Assembly: GCA_965242525.1 (NCBI GenBank)
Contig: OZ251459.1
Span: 2,816,001-2,880,000 of the forward strand
Reading direction: 5' to 3'
Source of the DNA: an uncultured Candidatus Binatia bacterium
GTDB lineage: Bacteria > Desulfobacterota > Binatia > UBA9968 > JAJDTQ01
DNA length: 64,000 nt
Below the pieces are notes generated by a model. The model saw only the letters and a program-made list of their open reading frames with translations. It was not told the DNA's origin and ran no database searches. Shown in pieces: positions 11,186 through 21,086 of the stretch. The position numbers were made by a program, and so were the translations under genes. Each line of letters starts with the position of its first letter. The first letter of the stretch is position 1.

Positions 11186-11698
11186 CTAGTCCAAGGAACG
11201 CCACGCCGCCAAGCGGACGCGGTCTTGGGGGCTGACGCCCGCGGGGTGGTGCTCCAGCAGGGCCTCCACCACTGCCTTGGCGTTCTCCTGCGGGCACGGG
11301 TCGCCGGCCGGATAGCAGGCGGAGGACTCCAGGCGAAGCCGCGGCGGCGATGAGCCGGCCACGGGCGTAGCGACCACCGTGTAGCTGCCGCCATGGAAAC
11401 CCATGCCGCTGAAGAGCGTCGTCGGCGTCAGGACGGCGGCGAAGTCGCGGTCGCCATCCCCGTCCGACAGTTCATGCCGGCCGTGGACGAGTCCGGCCTC
11501 GGCGATGTGGAACACGACCACGCTCCGGTAGTAGGCGCCGGTGATCTTGAGGTCGGTCAGGGTCGAGGTCATGCTGGCTGCGCCCACCACGGCCAGGACC
11601 GCGACCAGCATGAGCACCGACGGCAGGACGACGCCCTCCTCGTTTCCGGGAAGGACCCCTCGCCGCCGCGCCTTCGCCCCTGGATGATTCGTTTCCAC
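11186..11698 (-). CDS. PilX N-terminal domain minor pilin
   Basis: NEEG/VVLPSVLML prepilin-like leader, FHIAEAGL. Confidence 0.75.
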   Translation of the reverse strand: METNHPGAKARRRGVLPGNEEGVVLPSVLMLVAVLAVVGAASMTSTLTDLKITGAYYRSVVVFHIAEAGLVHGRHELSDGDGDRDFAAVLTPTTLFSGMGFHGGSYTVVATPVAGSSPPRLRLESSACYPAGDPCPQENAKAVVEALLEHHPAGVSPQDRVRLAAWRSLD

Positions 11699-11737
11699 TC
11701 CATCCAGGAAACATCGGCGGATGCCGCAGAAACCATA

Positions 11738-11848
11738 GGAAACGCTGAACGATTATCCCCGTTCGTCCTGAGCGTAGCGAAGCGAAGTCGAAGGACGCGC
11801 TTTCCCACCGGGGAAAGGGAGTTCGAGCCGGAATCGTCCAGGGTTTCC
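11738..11848. mobile_element. MITE copy
   Basis: GGAAACGCTGAACGAT...ATCGTCCAGGGTTTCC with core. Confidence 0.8.
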
Positions 11849-11927
11849 CGGAGGTTGCCCGACCGGGGAGAACGGACGAAACAGCGCATCCGTGGGTTTT
11901 TCGCGCGCGCTGCTGTAGGATAACGGC

Positions 11928-13103
11928 GTGGTGCGGACCGGACTGGAAAGGCTTCTCAACGACCCGCGGGCGTGGCTCAGCAGCGCGCGCGTGGGGCTGG
12001 TGGCCAACCCCACCGCGGTGAACCGCGGCCTCGACCACGCCGCGGACCTGCTGCATCGGAGCCCCGCGGTGGACCTGCGCTGCCTGTTCGGCCCGGAGCA
12101 CGGACTTCGCGGGTCCGCCCAGGACATGGCGGCGGTGGCGGACCACACGGACCCGGCCACCGGCCTGCCGGTGGCGAGCCTCTACGGCGACACCCTCGCT
12201 TCCCTGTCCCCCACCCAGGAGCAGCTCGCCCGGCTGGACGTCCTCCTGTTCGACATCCAGGACGTGGGCGCACGGTACTACACATACGGGGCCACCCTGG
12301 CCCTGTGCATGCGCGCGGCCGCGGCTTCCTGGGTCAAGGTGGTGGTGCTGGACCGGCCCAACCCCATTGGCGGCGCCGCGGTGGAGGGCGGCGGCCTGGA
12401 CGAAGGTCTCGAGAACTTCTGCGGCCTCTACCCGGTGCCGCAGCGCCACGGCATGACCCTGGGGGAGCTCGCCCGGCTCTACAACGAGACCTTCGGCATC
12501 GGGTGCGAGCTGGACGTGGCGACGTGCGAGGGATGGTCCCGGAGCGCCTACTACGACCAGTGCGGCCTGCCCTGGGTGATGCCGTCGCCCAACATGCCGA
12601 CCCCGGACACCGCGCTGGTCTATCCCGGCATGTGCCTGCTCGAAGGCGCCAACCTGTCCGAGGGCCGGGGCACCACGCGCCCCTTCGAGCTCTTCGGAGC
12701 GCCGTTCATCGACGGCCCCAGGCTGGCCGAAGAGTTGCGGCGCCACGACCTGCCCGGGGTCGTCTTCCGCCCCTGCGTCATCGAGCCGGCGTTCCACAAG
12801 TTCCAAGGACAGCGCTGCGGCGCGCTCCAGTTGCACGTGAGCGACCGGGACGCCTTCGAGCCGTACCGCACGGGCTTGGCCGTGCTCGTGGCCGTGCGGA
12901 AGCTCTGGCCCGAATCCTTCGCCTGGCGCACGGAGCCCTACGAGTTCCGCGCGGACGTCCCGGCCATCGACCTCCTGACCGGGCGCGCCGCGGTCAGGCA
13001 GGCCATCGACGGGGGCGCAACCCTCGAAGACGTGGTGCGCGCCGCCGGCGGCGGCACGGAACTGTACGACGCCGGGCGCGGCAAGGCCCTGCTGTACGAC
13101 TGA
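11928..13103 (+). CDS. DUF1343 / NamZ-like exo-beta-N-acetylmuramidase
   Basis: LFGPEHG, FDIQDVGARYYTY, LDRPNP, PSPNMP, SEGRGTTRPFE. Confidence 0.9.
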   Translation: MVRTGLERLLNDPRAWLSSARVGLVANPTAVNRGLDHAADLLHRSPAVDLRCLFGPEHGLRGSAQDMAAVADHTDPATGLPVASLYGDTLASLSPTQEQLARLDVLLFDIQDVGARYYTYGATLALCMRAAAASWVKVVVLDRPNPIGGAAVEGGGLDEGLENFCGLYPVPQRHGMTLGELARLYNETFGIGCELDVATCEGWSRSAYYDQCGLPWVMPSPNMPTPDTALVYPGMCLLEGANLSEGRGTTRPFELFGAPFIDGPRLAEELRRHDLPGVVFRPCVIEPAFHKFQGQRCGALQLHVSDRDAFEPYRTGLAVLVAVRKLWPESFAWRTEPYEFRADVPAIDLLTGRAAVRQAIDGGATLEDVVRAAGGGTELYDAGRGKALLYD

Positions 13104-13149
13104 GGAACCGAAGCGCCGTCGGCAAGGTCCGGACCCGCGGATCATCGAG

Positions 13150-13412
13150 GAAAAACCCGGACAATCCGGGAGGAAGAAGAGCGCGTCCTTCGACTTCGCT
13201 TCGCTACGCTCAGGACGAACGGGAATAGGGGCGTCAGGGTGAGGGAATCGGGAATCCATCCCGGATGTCTCGATTGTTCAGAAGTTCCCAAAGATCCTCA
13301 ATAGGAACCTCTGAACAACTACCCCGTTCGTCCTGAGCGTAGCGAAGCGAAGTCGAAGGACGCGCTTTCCCACAGGGAGATGGAGTTCGAGCCTGAATTG
13401 TTCAGGGTTTCC
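13150..13412. mobile_element. Two adjacent MITE copies in opposite orientation (13150-13288 and 13304-13412)
   Basis: Both have TIRs and core; second copy GGAACCTCTGAACAAC...ATTGTTCAGGGTTTCC. Confidence 0.82.
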
Positions 13413-13442
13413 ATAACCGGATTACGGAGGAAGGAGAAGGTC

Positions 13443-14135
13443 ATGGCGGATCAGGAAGTAGCAGTGGTGGTGGGGGGAGGGCCGGGGCTCAGCGCCTCGC
13501 TCGTGCGGCTGTTCACCCGGGAAGGCATGAAGGCGGCCATCGCCGCCCGCAACCCGGACAAGCTGGCGGAACTGGCGGAGGGCGCCGGTTGCCGCGCGTA
13601 CCGTTGTGACGCGGTGGTTCCCGGGGAGGTGGACGACCTGTTCGCCCAGGTGGCCCGGGACCTCGGGGACCCCGACCTGGTGGTCTATAACGCCAGCGCG
13701 CGCGTGCGCGGCCCCATCACCGAGCAGCCGCCGGATGCGGTCCGGGACGCCATCCTGGTGACCTGCTACGGCGGTTTCCTGGTGGGACGGGCGGCCGCGG
13801 CCAGCATGCTCCGGACCGGCGGGGGCACCATCCTGTTCACCGGGGCTTCGGCCAGCGTCAAGGGCTACGCCAACTCCGCGTCCTTCGCCATGGGCAAGTT
13901 CGGCTTGAGCGGCCTGACCCAGAGCATGGCCCGGGAGCTCCAGCCGCAGAACGTCCACGTGGCCCAGGTGGTCATCGACGGCGGCATCGATTCGCCCCGG
14001 CGCGACCCCGGCCGCGGCGACGATGCGTGGCTCCGTCCCAACGCCATTGCCGAGACCTACCTGCACCTCCACCGCCAGCACCGCAGTGCATGGGCCTCCC
14101 ACGTGGAGCTGCGGCCCTGGACCGAGAAGTTCTGA
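13443..14135 (+). CDS. Short-chain dehydrogenase/reductase
   Basis: VVGGGPGLS, VYNAS, FTGASAS, FAMGK, ELRPWTEKF. Confidence 0.9.
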   Translation: MADQEVAVVVGGGPGLSASLVRLFTREGMKAAIAARNPDKLAELAEGAGCRAYRCDAVVPGEVDDLFAQVARDLGDPDLVVYNASARVRGPITEQPPDAVRDAILVTCYGGFLVGRAAAASMLRTGGGTILFTGASASVKGYANSASFAMGKFGLSGLTQSMARELQPQNVHVAQVVIDGGIDSPRRDPGRGDDAWLRPNAIAETYLHLHRQHRSAWASHVELRPWTEKF

Positions 14136-14157
14136 GCGGCAGGGGGTCTCTCTCCTT

Positions 14158-14236
14158 GCCGGGCGTGCGGGCGTCCCGCACGCATGCCGGCGAAGGCCTG
14201 CGACGGGAGGATGCGGGCAGGATGCCCGCGCCCGGG
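14158..14236. repeat. Inverted REP-like pair between convergent genes (possible terminator)
   Basis: ccgggcgtgcgggcgtcccgcacgcat ... atgcgggcaggatgcccgcgcccggg. Confidence 0.5.
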
Positions 14237-14247
14237 CCGCGGCGGCG

Positions 14248-15123
14248 TCAGCCCGCGCCCGCCCTGGAGAAGACCAGCAGCAGGGTGCCCACGAAGGTGA
14301 ACGCGACGCCGACGCACACCCGCAGGTTCACGGTCTCCACGTCGCGCAGGAAGAGCGCGGTGAGGACCACGGTCAGCACCGGGTTGGTGCTGATGAGCGG
14401 CTCCACGATGACGATGTCGCCGGCGGAGAGGGCGTAGAAGTTCGCCAGCATCCCGGCGGTGTTGCAGACCCCCGCGGCCACGAACCACGCCAGCACCTTG
14501 CGGGACATGCGCAGCGCCTTGCGCGGACCGCCCTGGCCATGGACCATGAAGACGGCCAGGGCGAGTCCGGTGGTGGCGTTCACGCACGACGCCATGAGCG
14601 GCAGGTTGTCGATGAAGAAGCCGAGCTTGCGCACGCTGGCCGCAAGGGAGAACGACAACGCGGCCAGGAGCGGGAAGACGAAGTCCCGGCGGCGCCACTC
14701 GGCCTTCTGCTCGTGGGTGCGCGAGATGACCACGACGCCGGAGATGATCAGGGCGGTGCCGAAGAAGGCCCCCAGGGTCCAGTGCTCGCCCACGATGAGG
14801 ACCGCGAGTATGGAGGCGAACATGGGCGTGGCGCTGACCACCGGGATGGAGCGCGCCACCCCCAGGCGGTCGATGGACACATAGACCAGCCAGCGTCCCA
14901 GGCCGGACGCAAAGACGCCGCCCACCGCGAAGTACCAGACGGCGTGGGTCCGGAAAGCGGCCAGGGGCAGGTAGGCCCCCACCAGGGACCAGAGGGTCGC
15001 CGCCGAGATGACGATGGAGAGGAAGAACCCGGCCAGGGGGTTGGACTCGGCCAGCCCCCGGCGGATCAGGATGTGGGACACGGCGAATCCCATCGACGCC
15101 GCCAGGGCGAAGAGGACGCTCAT
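14248..15123 (-). CDS. EamA/DMT family transporter
   Basis: About ten hydrophobic segments in two EamA-like halves. Confidence 0.88.
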   Translation of the reverse strand: MSVLFALAASMGFAVSHILIRRGLAESNPLAGFFLSIVISAATLWSLVGAYLPLAAFRTHAVWYFAVGGVFASGLGRWLVYVSIDRLGVARSIPVVSATPMFASILAVLIVGEHWTLGAFFGTALIISGVVVISRTHEQKAEWRRRDFVFPLLAALSFSLAASVRKLGFFIDNLPLMASCVNATTGLALAVFMVHGQGGPRKALRMSRKVLAWFVAAGVCNTAGMLANFYALSAGDIVIVEPLISTNPVLTVVLTALFLRDVETVNLRVCVGVAFTFVGTLLLVFSRAGAG

Positions 15124-15189
15124 TTCAGGGCGCGCCTTGCCGACGACGGGTCCCGGACGCCCGGCCGGCGGTTGGTGCGCGGCGAGGCA

Positions 15190-15417
15190 CTAGGGCTCCG
15201 CCTCGTACCAGCGGGCGACGCGTATCCTGATGGCCCCTACGGGACAGTCCCACTCGCAGATGAAGCAGCCTTGGCAGTCCTCCTCGTACATGGCGAACGG
15301 GTAGCCGTCCTTGCCCATGCGGATCACGTCCGTGGGGCAGGCGTCGTCGCAGGCCGTGCACGAGATGCAGGCTTCCTTGCAGATCTCGACCTTCGGCAGG
15401 TGTTGCGACCGGGCCAT
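15190..15417 (-). CDS. 2x[4Fe-4S] ferredoxin
   Basis: CISCTACDDACP and CQGCFICEWDCP; ATG 2 bp after the flavoprotein stop. Confidence 0.92.
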   Translation of the reverse strand: MARSQHLPKVEICKEACISCTACDDACPTDVIRMGKDGYPFAMYEEDCQGCFICEWDCPVGAIRIRVARWYEAEP

Positions 15418-15419
15418 GC

Positions 15420-17171
15420 CTACGCGCCTGCCTCCGCCGCCCGGCCGGCGACCTTGAAGAACGGGTGCAGCGTCTTTCCGGGCTTCGGCCGGTAGCGCAC
15501 GTAGAACTCGTCGCGGGGGATGGGTTCGTCCCATATCTTCAACCCGCCGTCCTCCCGCACCGACTTGCTCAGCACCAGCCACCTGTCGTTGTCGGTCTCG
15601 GGATGGTCGCGGTTGACCACCGAGCCGCGGCTCTCCTGCCGGTGCAGCAGGTAGTCGAGCACCGCGGTCAGGGCCTCCATGGAGTTGCGCAGCCCCAGGA
15701 CCTTCACCAGCTCGTGGGGGTCCCTGGCCATGACGTCGTCGTAGGTCTCCAGTATCTCCAGGAGCCCCCGCCGCACCCGGGCGATCTTCTCGTCGCTCAG
15801 GACCACCCCCAACTCGTGGAGCAGGTCCGCGGCCCTGCCGTGGACCTCGGCGAAGGCGGCGCCCCGGGGCTTGAGATAGCGGGTGGCCTCGGCGGAAAGC
15901 GACTCCACCTGACGGGCCGCGGCGCCCCGGAGGTCCTCCTTCCGGGCGTAGTCCGCGGCGTGCCGGCCGGCCCACCAGCCCAGCACCATGCACCAGGACA
16001 GGTTGAGGTTCGGCGAGATGTTCATGCCGTCGCTGCTGGCGCCCGCGGCGAACAGGCCCGGCAGGGAGGTCATGCACCTGTCGTCCACCACCGCGCCGCC
16101 GCCGTGGCTGGATCCGTAGGTGGCGGCCAGCACCGGGAGGTAGGGGATCCGTTCCCGGCTCACGTCATAACCCGCGGCGTCGAAGGTGCTCATGATGATG
16201 GGGATGACCTCGTGCAGCAGCCGGATCTTCTCCGGCGGCAGCCCGGTGCAGTCCAGGTAGATGGGACCCTTGTCTTCCAGCATCTCCAGCGCCGCGGCGT
16301 GCCCCAGGGACAACCGCCGGGTGAGCTCGGCTTCCGATTCCCCGAACCGCCGCATCACGTCTTCGCCCAGGCGGTTGAAGTAGCCGGCGCCCATGGTGGT
16401 GAAGTGCTCGATGCCCGGCGCGCACAGGAACTCCATGGTCTGGAGGTACTTGCTGCCCACCGCCATGTTGCCCATGACCGCGCCCGCCCGGAGCTGCATG
16501 GCCACGCCGTCGCTGGTGATGTTGAGGGGCATTCCGGCGAACCACTGGCCCGGCTGCTTGTAGCCGAAGTTGAAGCCGCCGGCGCACATGACCACGGACT
16601 TGGCCTCGCACACGTGGACCTGGCGCTCCCGGCCGGAGACGCCCAGGGCGCCCACCACGCGGCCGCGGGTGGGAAGCCTGCCGTCGGAGGTCAGGAGGTC
16701 GGTGGCCGAGACCCGGTTGAGCACCCGGACGCCTTCGCGCAGGGCCACGCCGCGCACCACCTTCATCATGGCGGTGCCGCCGCCCACCAGGCCCGCGGCC
16801 AGACCGCCGCTCGCCGCGGCGCCGGACCCGCCCTTGCCGCGCCAGATCTCGCCCCGTTCCCTGACGAACTTCACCCCCCAGCCGTCCAGGATGCCGAGCA
16901 CCTCGTGGGTGGCGTGGATGGCCTCGATGGCCCGGGTCTGGTTGGTGAGCACGCCGCGCCCGCCCAGGTGGACCATGATGTCGTCGCCCGGCATGTAGGT
17001 GATGTACGCGCCCGAAGCCAGCGCCGCGCAGCCGCTCCGCCCGAACACGGACTTGTCCACCAGCAGCACGTCCGCCCCCTCCCGGCGGGCGCGGATGGCC
17101 GCCATGGCCCCGGCCGCGCCGCCGCCGATGACCAGGACGTCGGCTTGGTGGTGGATGGTCTGGTGGCTCAT
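15420..17171 (-). CDS. FAD-binding oxidoreductase, AprA/SdhA/NadB superfamily
   Basis: DVLVIGGGAAG, RSG, TSLPGLFAAG, RQESRG. Confidence 0.88.
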   Translation of the reverse strand: MSHQTIHHQADVLVIGGGAAGAMAAIRARREGADVLLVDKSVFGRSGCAALASGAYITYMPGDDIMVHLGGRGVLTNQTRAIEAIHATHEVLGILDGWGVKFVRERGEIWRGKGGSGAAASGGLAAGLVGGGTAMMKVVRGVALREGVRVLNRVSATDLLTSDGRLPTRGRVVGALGVSGRERQVHVCEAKSVVMCAGGFNFGYKQPGQWFAGMPLNITSDGVAMQLRAGAVMGNMAVGSKYLQTMEFLCAPGIEHFTTMGAGYFNRLGEDVMRRFGESEAELTRRLSLGHAAALEMLEDKGPIYLDCTGLPPEKIRLLHEVIPIIMSTFDAAGYDVSRERIPYLPVLAATYGSSHGGGAVVDDRCMTSLPGLFAAGASSDGMNISPNLNLSWCMVLGWWAGRHAADYARKEDLRGAAARQVESLSAEATRYLKPRGAAFAEVHGRAADLLHELGVVLSDEKIARVRRGLLEILETYDDVMARDPHELVKVLGLRNSMEALTAVLDYLLHRQESRGSVVNRDHPETDNDRWLVLSKSVREDGGLKIWDEPIPRDEFYVRYRPKPGKTLHPFFKVAGRAAEAGA

Positions 17172-17190
17172 GGTCGATCCGTTACCTGGG

Positions 17191-17299
17191 GGAACGTCGT
17201 ATCCATACCGGCTCGGGTTCACTCTGCCATGGGAAAGCGCGTCCTTCGACTTCGCTCCGCTACGCTCAGGACGAACGGAGTTCGTCGTGCCGAGTTACC
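17191..17299. mobile_element. Degenerate MITE copy in a divergent promoter region
   Basis: Core at 17236-17279; eroded TIRs. Confidence 0.7.
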
Positions 17300-17419
17300 T
17301 AGACCAAGTGAGAGCCGGTGTCAAAGCCGGCGGGTGCACGGACCGTCGGCGCTTGCGCACCGAGGGCCACAAGGTTTATGCAGACTCGGGGACCACATGA
17401 AAGAAGCCGGGAGACGCCC

Positions 17420-19321
17420 ATGAGCCGCAGCCGTTACACGGACGTTTACGAACGCGCCCTGAAGGACCCCGAGGGTTTCTGGGCCGAAGCCGCGGAGGAC
17501 ATCCACTGGGACGAGCGCTGGGACCGGGTGCTGGACGACTCCCGGCCGCCCTTCTACCGGTGGTTCACCGGCGGCGCGCTCAACACCTGCTACAACGCGC
17601 TGGACGTGCACGTGGACCGGGGGGACGGCGACCGGACCGCGTTGATCTACGACAGCCCGGTGACGGACAGCGTCAGTATCTTCACCTACCGGGAGCTTCG
17701 GGACGCGGCCGCAACCTTTGCCGGCGCGCTCCGGGACCACGGCGTGGGCGTGGGCGACCGCGTGATCCTGTACATGCCCATGATCCCCGAGGCGGTGGTG
17801 GCCATGCTCGCGTGCGCCCGTCTCGGCGCGGTCCACTCGGTGGTGTTCGGCGGCTTCGCCGCCAACGAGCTCGCCGCCCGCATCGACGACGCCAGGCCCA
17901 AGGCGGTGGTGAGCGCGAGCTGCGGCATCGAGGGCAACCGCGTGGTCGAATACAAGCCGCTGCTGGACGAGGCCCTGCGGTTGGCGCGGCACGCGCCGGC
18001 GCATTGCGTGGTGCTGCAACGGCCCCAGGCGCGCGCGTCCATGTCGGGCGGACGCGACGTGGACTGGAACGAGGCGGTGGCCGCGGCCAGCCCGGTCCCG
18101 TGCGTCCCGGTGGCCGCCACCGACCCGCTGTACATCCTCTACACTTCCGGCACCACCGGCCAGCCCAAGGGCATCGTGCGCGACAACGGCGGCCACGCCG
18201 TGGCCCTCAAGTGGAGCATGGGGAACGTTTACGGAGTGGACGCGGGCGAGGTGTTCTGGGCCGCCTCCGACGTGGGCTGGGTGGTGGGCCATTCCTACAT
18301 CGTCTATGGGCCGTTGCTGAAGGGTTGCGCCACCGTCCTCTACGAAGGCAAGCCGGTGGGCACGCCGGACCCCGGCGCCTTCTGGCGCGTCATCGGCCAG
18401 CACCGGGTGAGCGTGCTGTTCACCGCCCCCACCGCGTTCCGCGCCATCAAGAAGGAAGACCCCCGGGGCGACTACGTGGGGAAGCACGACCTGGGCGGCT
18501 TCCGGGCCCTGTTCCTGGCCGGCGAGCGCTGCGACCCGGACACGCTGCTGTGGGCCCGGGACCTCCTGGGGGTGCCGGTCATCGACCACTGGTGGCAGAC
18601 GGAGACCGGGTGGGCCATCGCGGCCAACTGCATGGGCATCGAGCCTCTGCCGGTGAAGCCCGGGTCGCCCACCCGGGCCGTGCCGGGCTACGACGTGCGC
18701 GTCCTCGACGACGAGGGCCGGGAGACGCCGGCCGGCGGCATGGGCAGCATCACGGTGAAGCTGCCGCTGCCGCCCGGTTGCCTCCCCACCCTGTGGGGCA
18801 ACGAGGAAGGCTACCGCAAGGCGTACCTGGAGCAGCATCCGGGCTACTACGTCACCGCGGACGCAGGCTACCGGGACGAGGACGGCTACCTGTGGATCAT
18901 GGGGCGCATGGACGACGTCATCAACGTGGCCGGACACCGGCTCTCCACCGGCGCCATGGAGGAAGTCCTCGCCTCCCATCCCGCGGTGGCCGAATGCGCG
19001 GTGCTCGGAGTGGCGGACCAGTTGAAGGGGCAACTGCCGCTGGGGCTGGTGGTGGTCAAGGCGGGGGTCGAGACCACCGAGGAGGCGCTGGCGCCCGAGC
19101 TGGTAAGCCTCGTGCGCCGGAAGATCGGTCCGGTGGCCGACTTCAAGCAGGCCCTGGTGGTCAAGCGCCTGCCCAAGACCCGTTCCGGCAAGATCCTGCG
19201 GGGCACGGTGCGGAGCATGGCGGACGGGACCCCCTACAAACCCCCCGCCACCATCGACGACCCGGCCATCCTGGACGAGATCCGGGAAGATCTGGCGCGG
19301 CTGGGTTACCCGAGGCAGTGA
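17420..19321 (+). CDS. prpE: Propionyl-CoA synthetase
   Basis: YTSGTTGQPKG, RDNGGHAVAL, DHWWQTE, LPKTRSGKILR. Confidence 0.9.
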   Translation: MSRSRYTDVYERALKDPEGFWAEAAEDIHWDERWDRVLDDSRPPFYRWFTGGALNTCYNALDVHVDRGDGDRTALIYDSPVTDSVSIFTYRELRDAAATFAGALRDHGVGVGDRVILYMPMIPEAVVAMLACARLGAVHSVVFGGFAANELAARIDDARPKAVVSASCGIEGNRVVEYKPLLDEALRLARHAPAHCVVLQRPQARASMSGGRDVDWNEAVAAASPVPCVPVAATDPLYILYTSGTTGQPKGIVRDNGGHAVALKWSMGNVYGVDAGEVFWAASDVGWVVGHSYIVYGPLLKGCATVLYEGKPVGTPDPGAFWRVIGQHRVSVLFTAPTAFRAIKKEDPRGDYVGKHDLGGFRALFLAGERCDPDTLLWARDLLGVPVIDHWWQTETGWAIAANCMGIEPLPVKPGSPTRAVPGYDVRVLDDEGRETPAGGMGSITVKLPLPPGCLPTLWGNEEGYRKAYLEQHPGYYVTADAGYRDEDGYLWIMGRMDDVINVAGHRLSTGAMEEVLASHPAVAECAVLGVADQLKGQLPLGLVVVKAGVETTEEALAPELVSLVRRKIGPVADFKQALVVKRLPKTRSGKILRGTVRSMADGTPYKPPATIDDPAILDEIREDLARLGYPRQ

Positions 19322-19444
19322 GGGTCCCGTGTCCGGGACGGGGGCAGCCGTTGCCTGTTCCCCTCCCTCTGTCGTAAGAATAACCTTGCAGCGCCGTCCC
19401 GCTTCGGACCGCGGCGCCCGACCACAAGGAAAGGAGACGAAGCA

Positions 19445-19870
19445 ATGCTCAAGATCGAAGGGGTCACCCACTGGTCGATTCCGGTGAACGATTTGGGCGA
19501 GTCGGAGAAGTTCTACGGCGACCTGCTGGGGCTCAAGCCCCTGGGGCGCCTCGCCAACGACGTCATGGCGTGTTTCAACGTGGGCGACCACAACATCCTC
19601 CTGTGCGAGCGCAGGGAGGTCCCCGCCCAGGCGGAGGACGACCGCGTCCACCACTCCTTTACCGTCAGTCCCGAGACCCTGGACGAGGCGTGCAGGGTGT
19701 TCAAGGCCAGGAACGTCCCGGTGGTGGAGCTCTACTACCGCAAGGGCGGATACTTCCCGGGGCGGGAACTCTACTTCACGGACCCCAGCGGCAACCGGCT
19801 GGAGCTCCGGGACCCCACGTGGAAGGACGGCATGCCCGAGCCGACTTTCGACGAAGTGGCCGGTTCCTGA
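19445..19870 (+). CDS. VOC/glyoxalase family protein
   Basis: VTHWSIPV, HHSF, YFTDPSGNRLE. Confidence 0.88.
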   Translation: MLKIEGVTHWSIPVNDLGESEKFYGDLLGLKPLGRLANDVMACFNVGDHNILLCERREVPAQAEDDRVHHSFTVSPETLDEACRVFKARNVPVVELYYRKGGYFPGRELYFTDPSGNRLELRDPTWKDGMPEPTFDEVAGS

Positions 19871-19902
19871 GACCCCTCACCGACGAGAAGGAGAAACGTT
19901 CC

Positions 19903-21069
19903 ATGGCGCAGGACGACACCCGGACGAGTCCCGACGATTCCGTCGCTCCCGACCTGGAGGTCAAGGAATACACCTACGACGACTGGATGGCCTCGGTGGG
20001 CGTGCCGGTCCACCGAGGCTACTTCATCGAGGACCTGCGCACGGTGGAGCTGGGCTGGTGGGAGGAGCGCGGCTGCGAGAGCGCCTTCATCCAGCTCGTG
20101 GGGCAGGAGGGAGTGACCTCGGCCATGGTGCAGGAGATCCCTCCCGGACAGACCCTGCCGCGGGTGAAGTTCGCCCTGGACGAGTTGGTGTACGTGCTCC
20201 AGGGCCAGGGCGTGACCACGGTGTGGCGGGGCGAAAACGGCCCCAAGAACAGCTTCGAGTGGCAACCCCGGAGCCTGTTCCAGATCCCGCACAACTACCA
20301 CCACACCATGAGCAACATGCGCGGCGACCGGCCGGTGCGCATCCTGCGCTACAGCTACCTGCCGCTGGCCATGTCCCTGAACACCGACCCGGCGTTCTTC
20401 TTCGACAACCGGTACGAGGGCGAGGACCGCCTGTCCGGGGGCGGCGAGCTCTACTCCGAGGCCAAGCTCGTCCGCGACGGCAACCCCGCCAGGACCTGGG
20501 GCGGGCGCAGCGGCATCTTCTGGTACGGCAACTTCTTTCCCGACATGGGCTCCTGGGACAAGCTCAACCGCAGCAGCCGCAGAGGCGCCGGCGGACACAG
20601 CGTGCTGATGACCTTTCCCCACTCCGAGATGTCGTGCCACATGTCGGTGTTCCCCTCCCGCACCTACAAGAAGGCCCACCGCCACGGCCCGGGCCGGGTC
20701 ATCGTCATTCCCGCGGGAGAAGGCTACTCCATCCTCTGGGAGGAAGGGAAGGAGAAGGTGGTGGCGCCGTGGCACGAGGCGAGCATGTTCGTCCCCCCGG
20801 GCAAATGGTTCCACCAGCACTTCAACGCCGGGGGAACGCCCGCGCGGTATCTGGCGCTGCATCCGCCGAGGCAGTTCCGGGGCCACGCGGAGAAGATCGA
20901 GGACCGGGCCAGGGACCAGATCGAATACGCGGATGAGGACCCGCGGATCCGCGAGCGTTTCGAGGCCGAGCTCGACAAGAGGGGACTTGCGAGCCTCATG
21001 CCCGAAGAAGTCTATCAGGACCGCGATTTCCAGTGGAGCTACCGGGACGCCGCGCCTCCGTCGCCTTAG
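19903..21069 (+). CDS. Bicupin domain protein
   Basis: DELVYVLQGQG and KKAHRHGPG...WFHQHFN cupin motifs; AGGAG RBS. Confidence 0.82.
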   Translation: MAQDDTRTSPDDSVAPDLEVKEYTYDDWMASVGVPVHRGYFIEDLRTVELGWWEERGCESAFIQLVGQEGVTSAMVQEIPPGQTLPRVKFALDELVYVLQGQGVTTVWRGENGPKNSFEWQPRSLFQIPHNYHHTMSNMRGDRPVRILRYSYLPLAMSLNTDPAFFFDNRYEGEDRLSGGGELYSEAKLVRDGNPARTWGGRSGIFWYGNFFPDMGSWDKLNRSSRRGAGGHSVLMTFPHSEMSCHMSVFPSRTYKKAHRHGPGRVIVIPAGEGYSILWEEGKEKVVAPWHEASMFVPPGKWFHQHFNAGGTPARYLALHPPRQFRGHAEKIEDRARDQIEYADEDPRIRERFEAELDKRGLASLMPEEVYQDRDFQWSYRDAAPPSP

Positions 21070-21086
21070 TCGAAACAGGGCTTCGC

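Noticed and set aside
13380-13442. Upstream ATG for the SDR gene
   Set aside because: Lies inside a MITE; the strong RBS precedes ATG 13443
15420-17171. Calling the flavoprotein aprA or sdhA
   Set aside because: Only superfamily motifs are visible and the pathway partners are absent from the window
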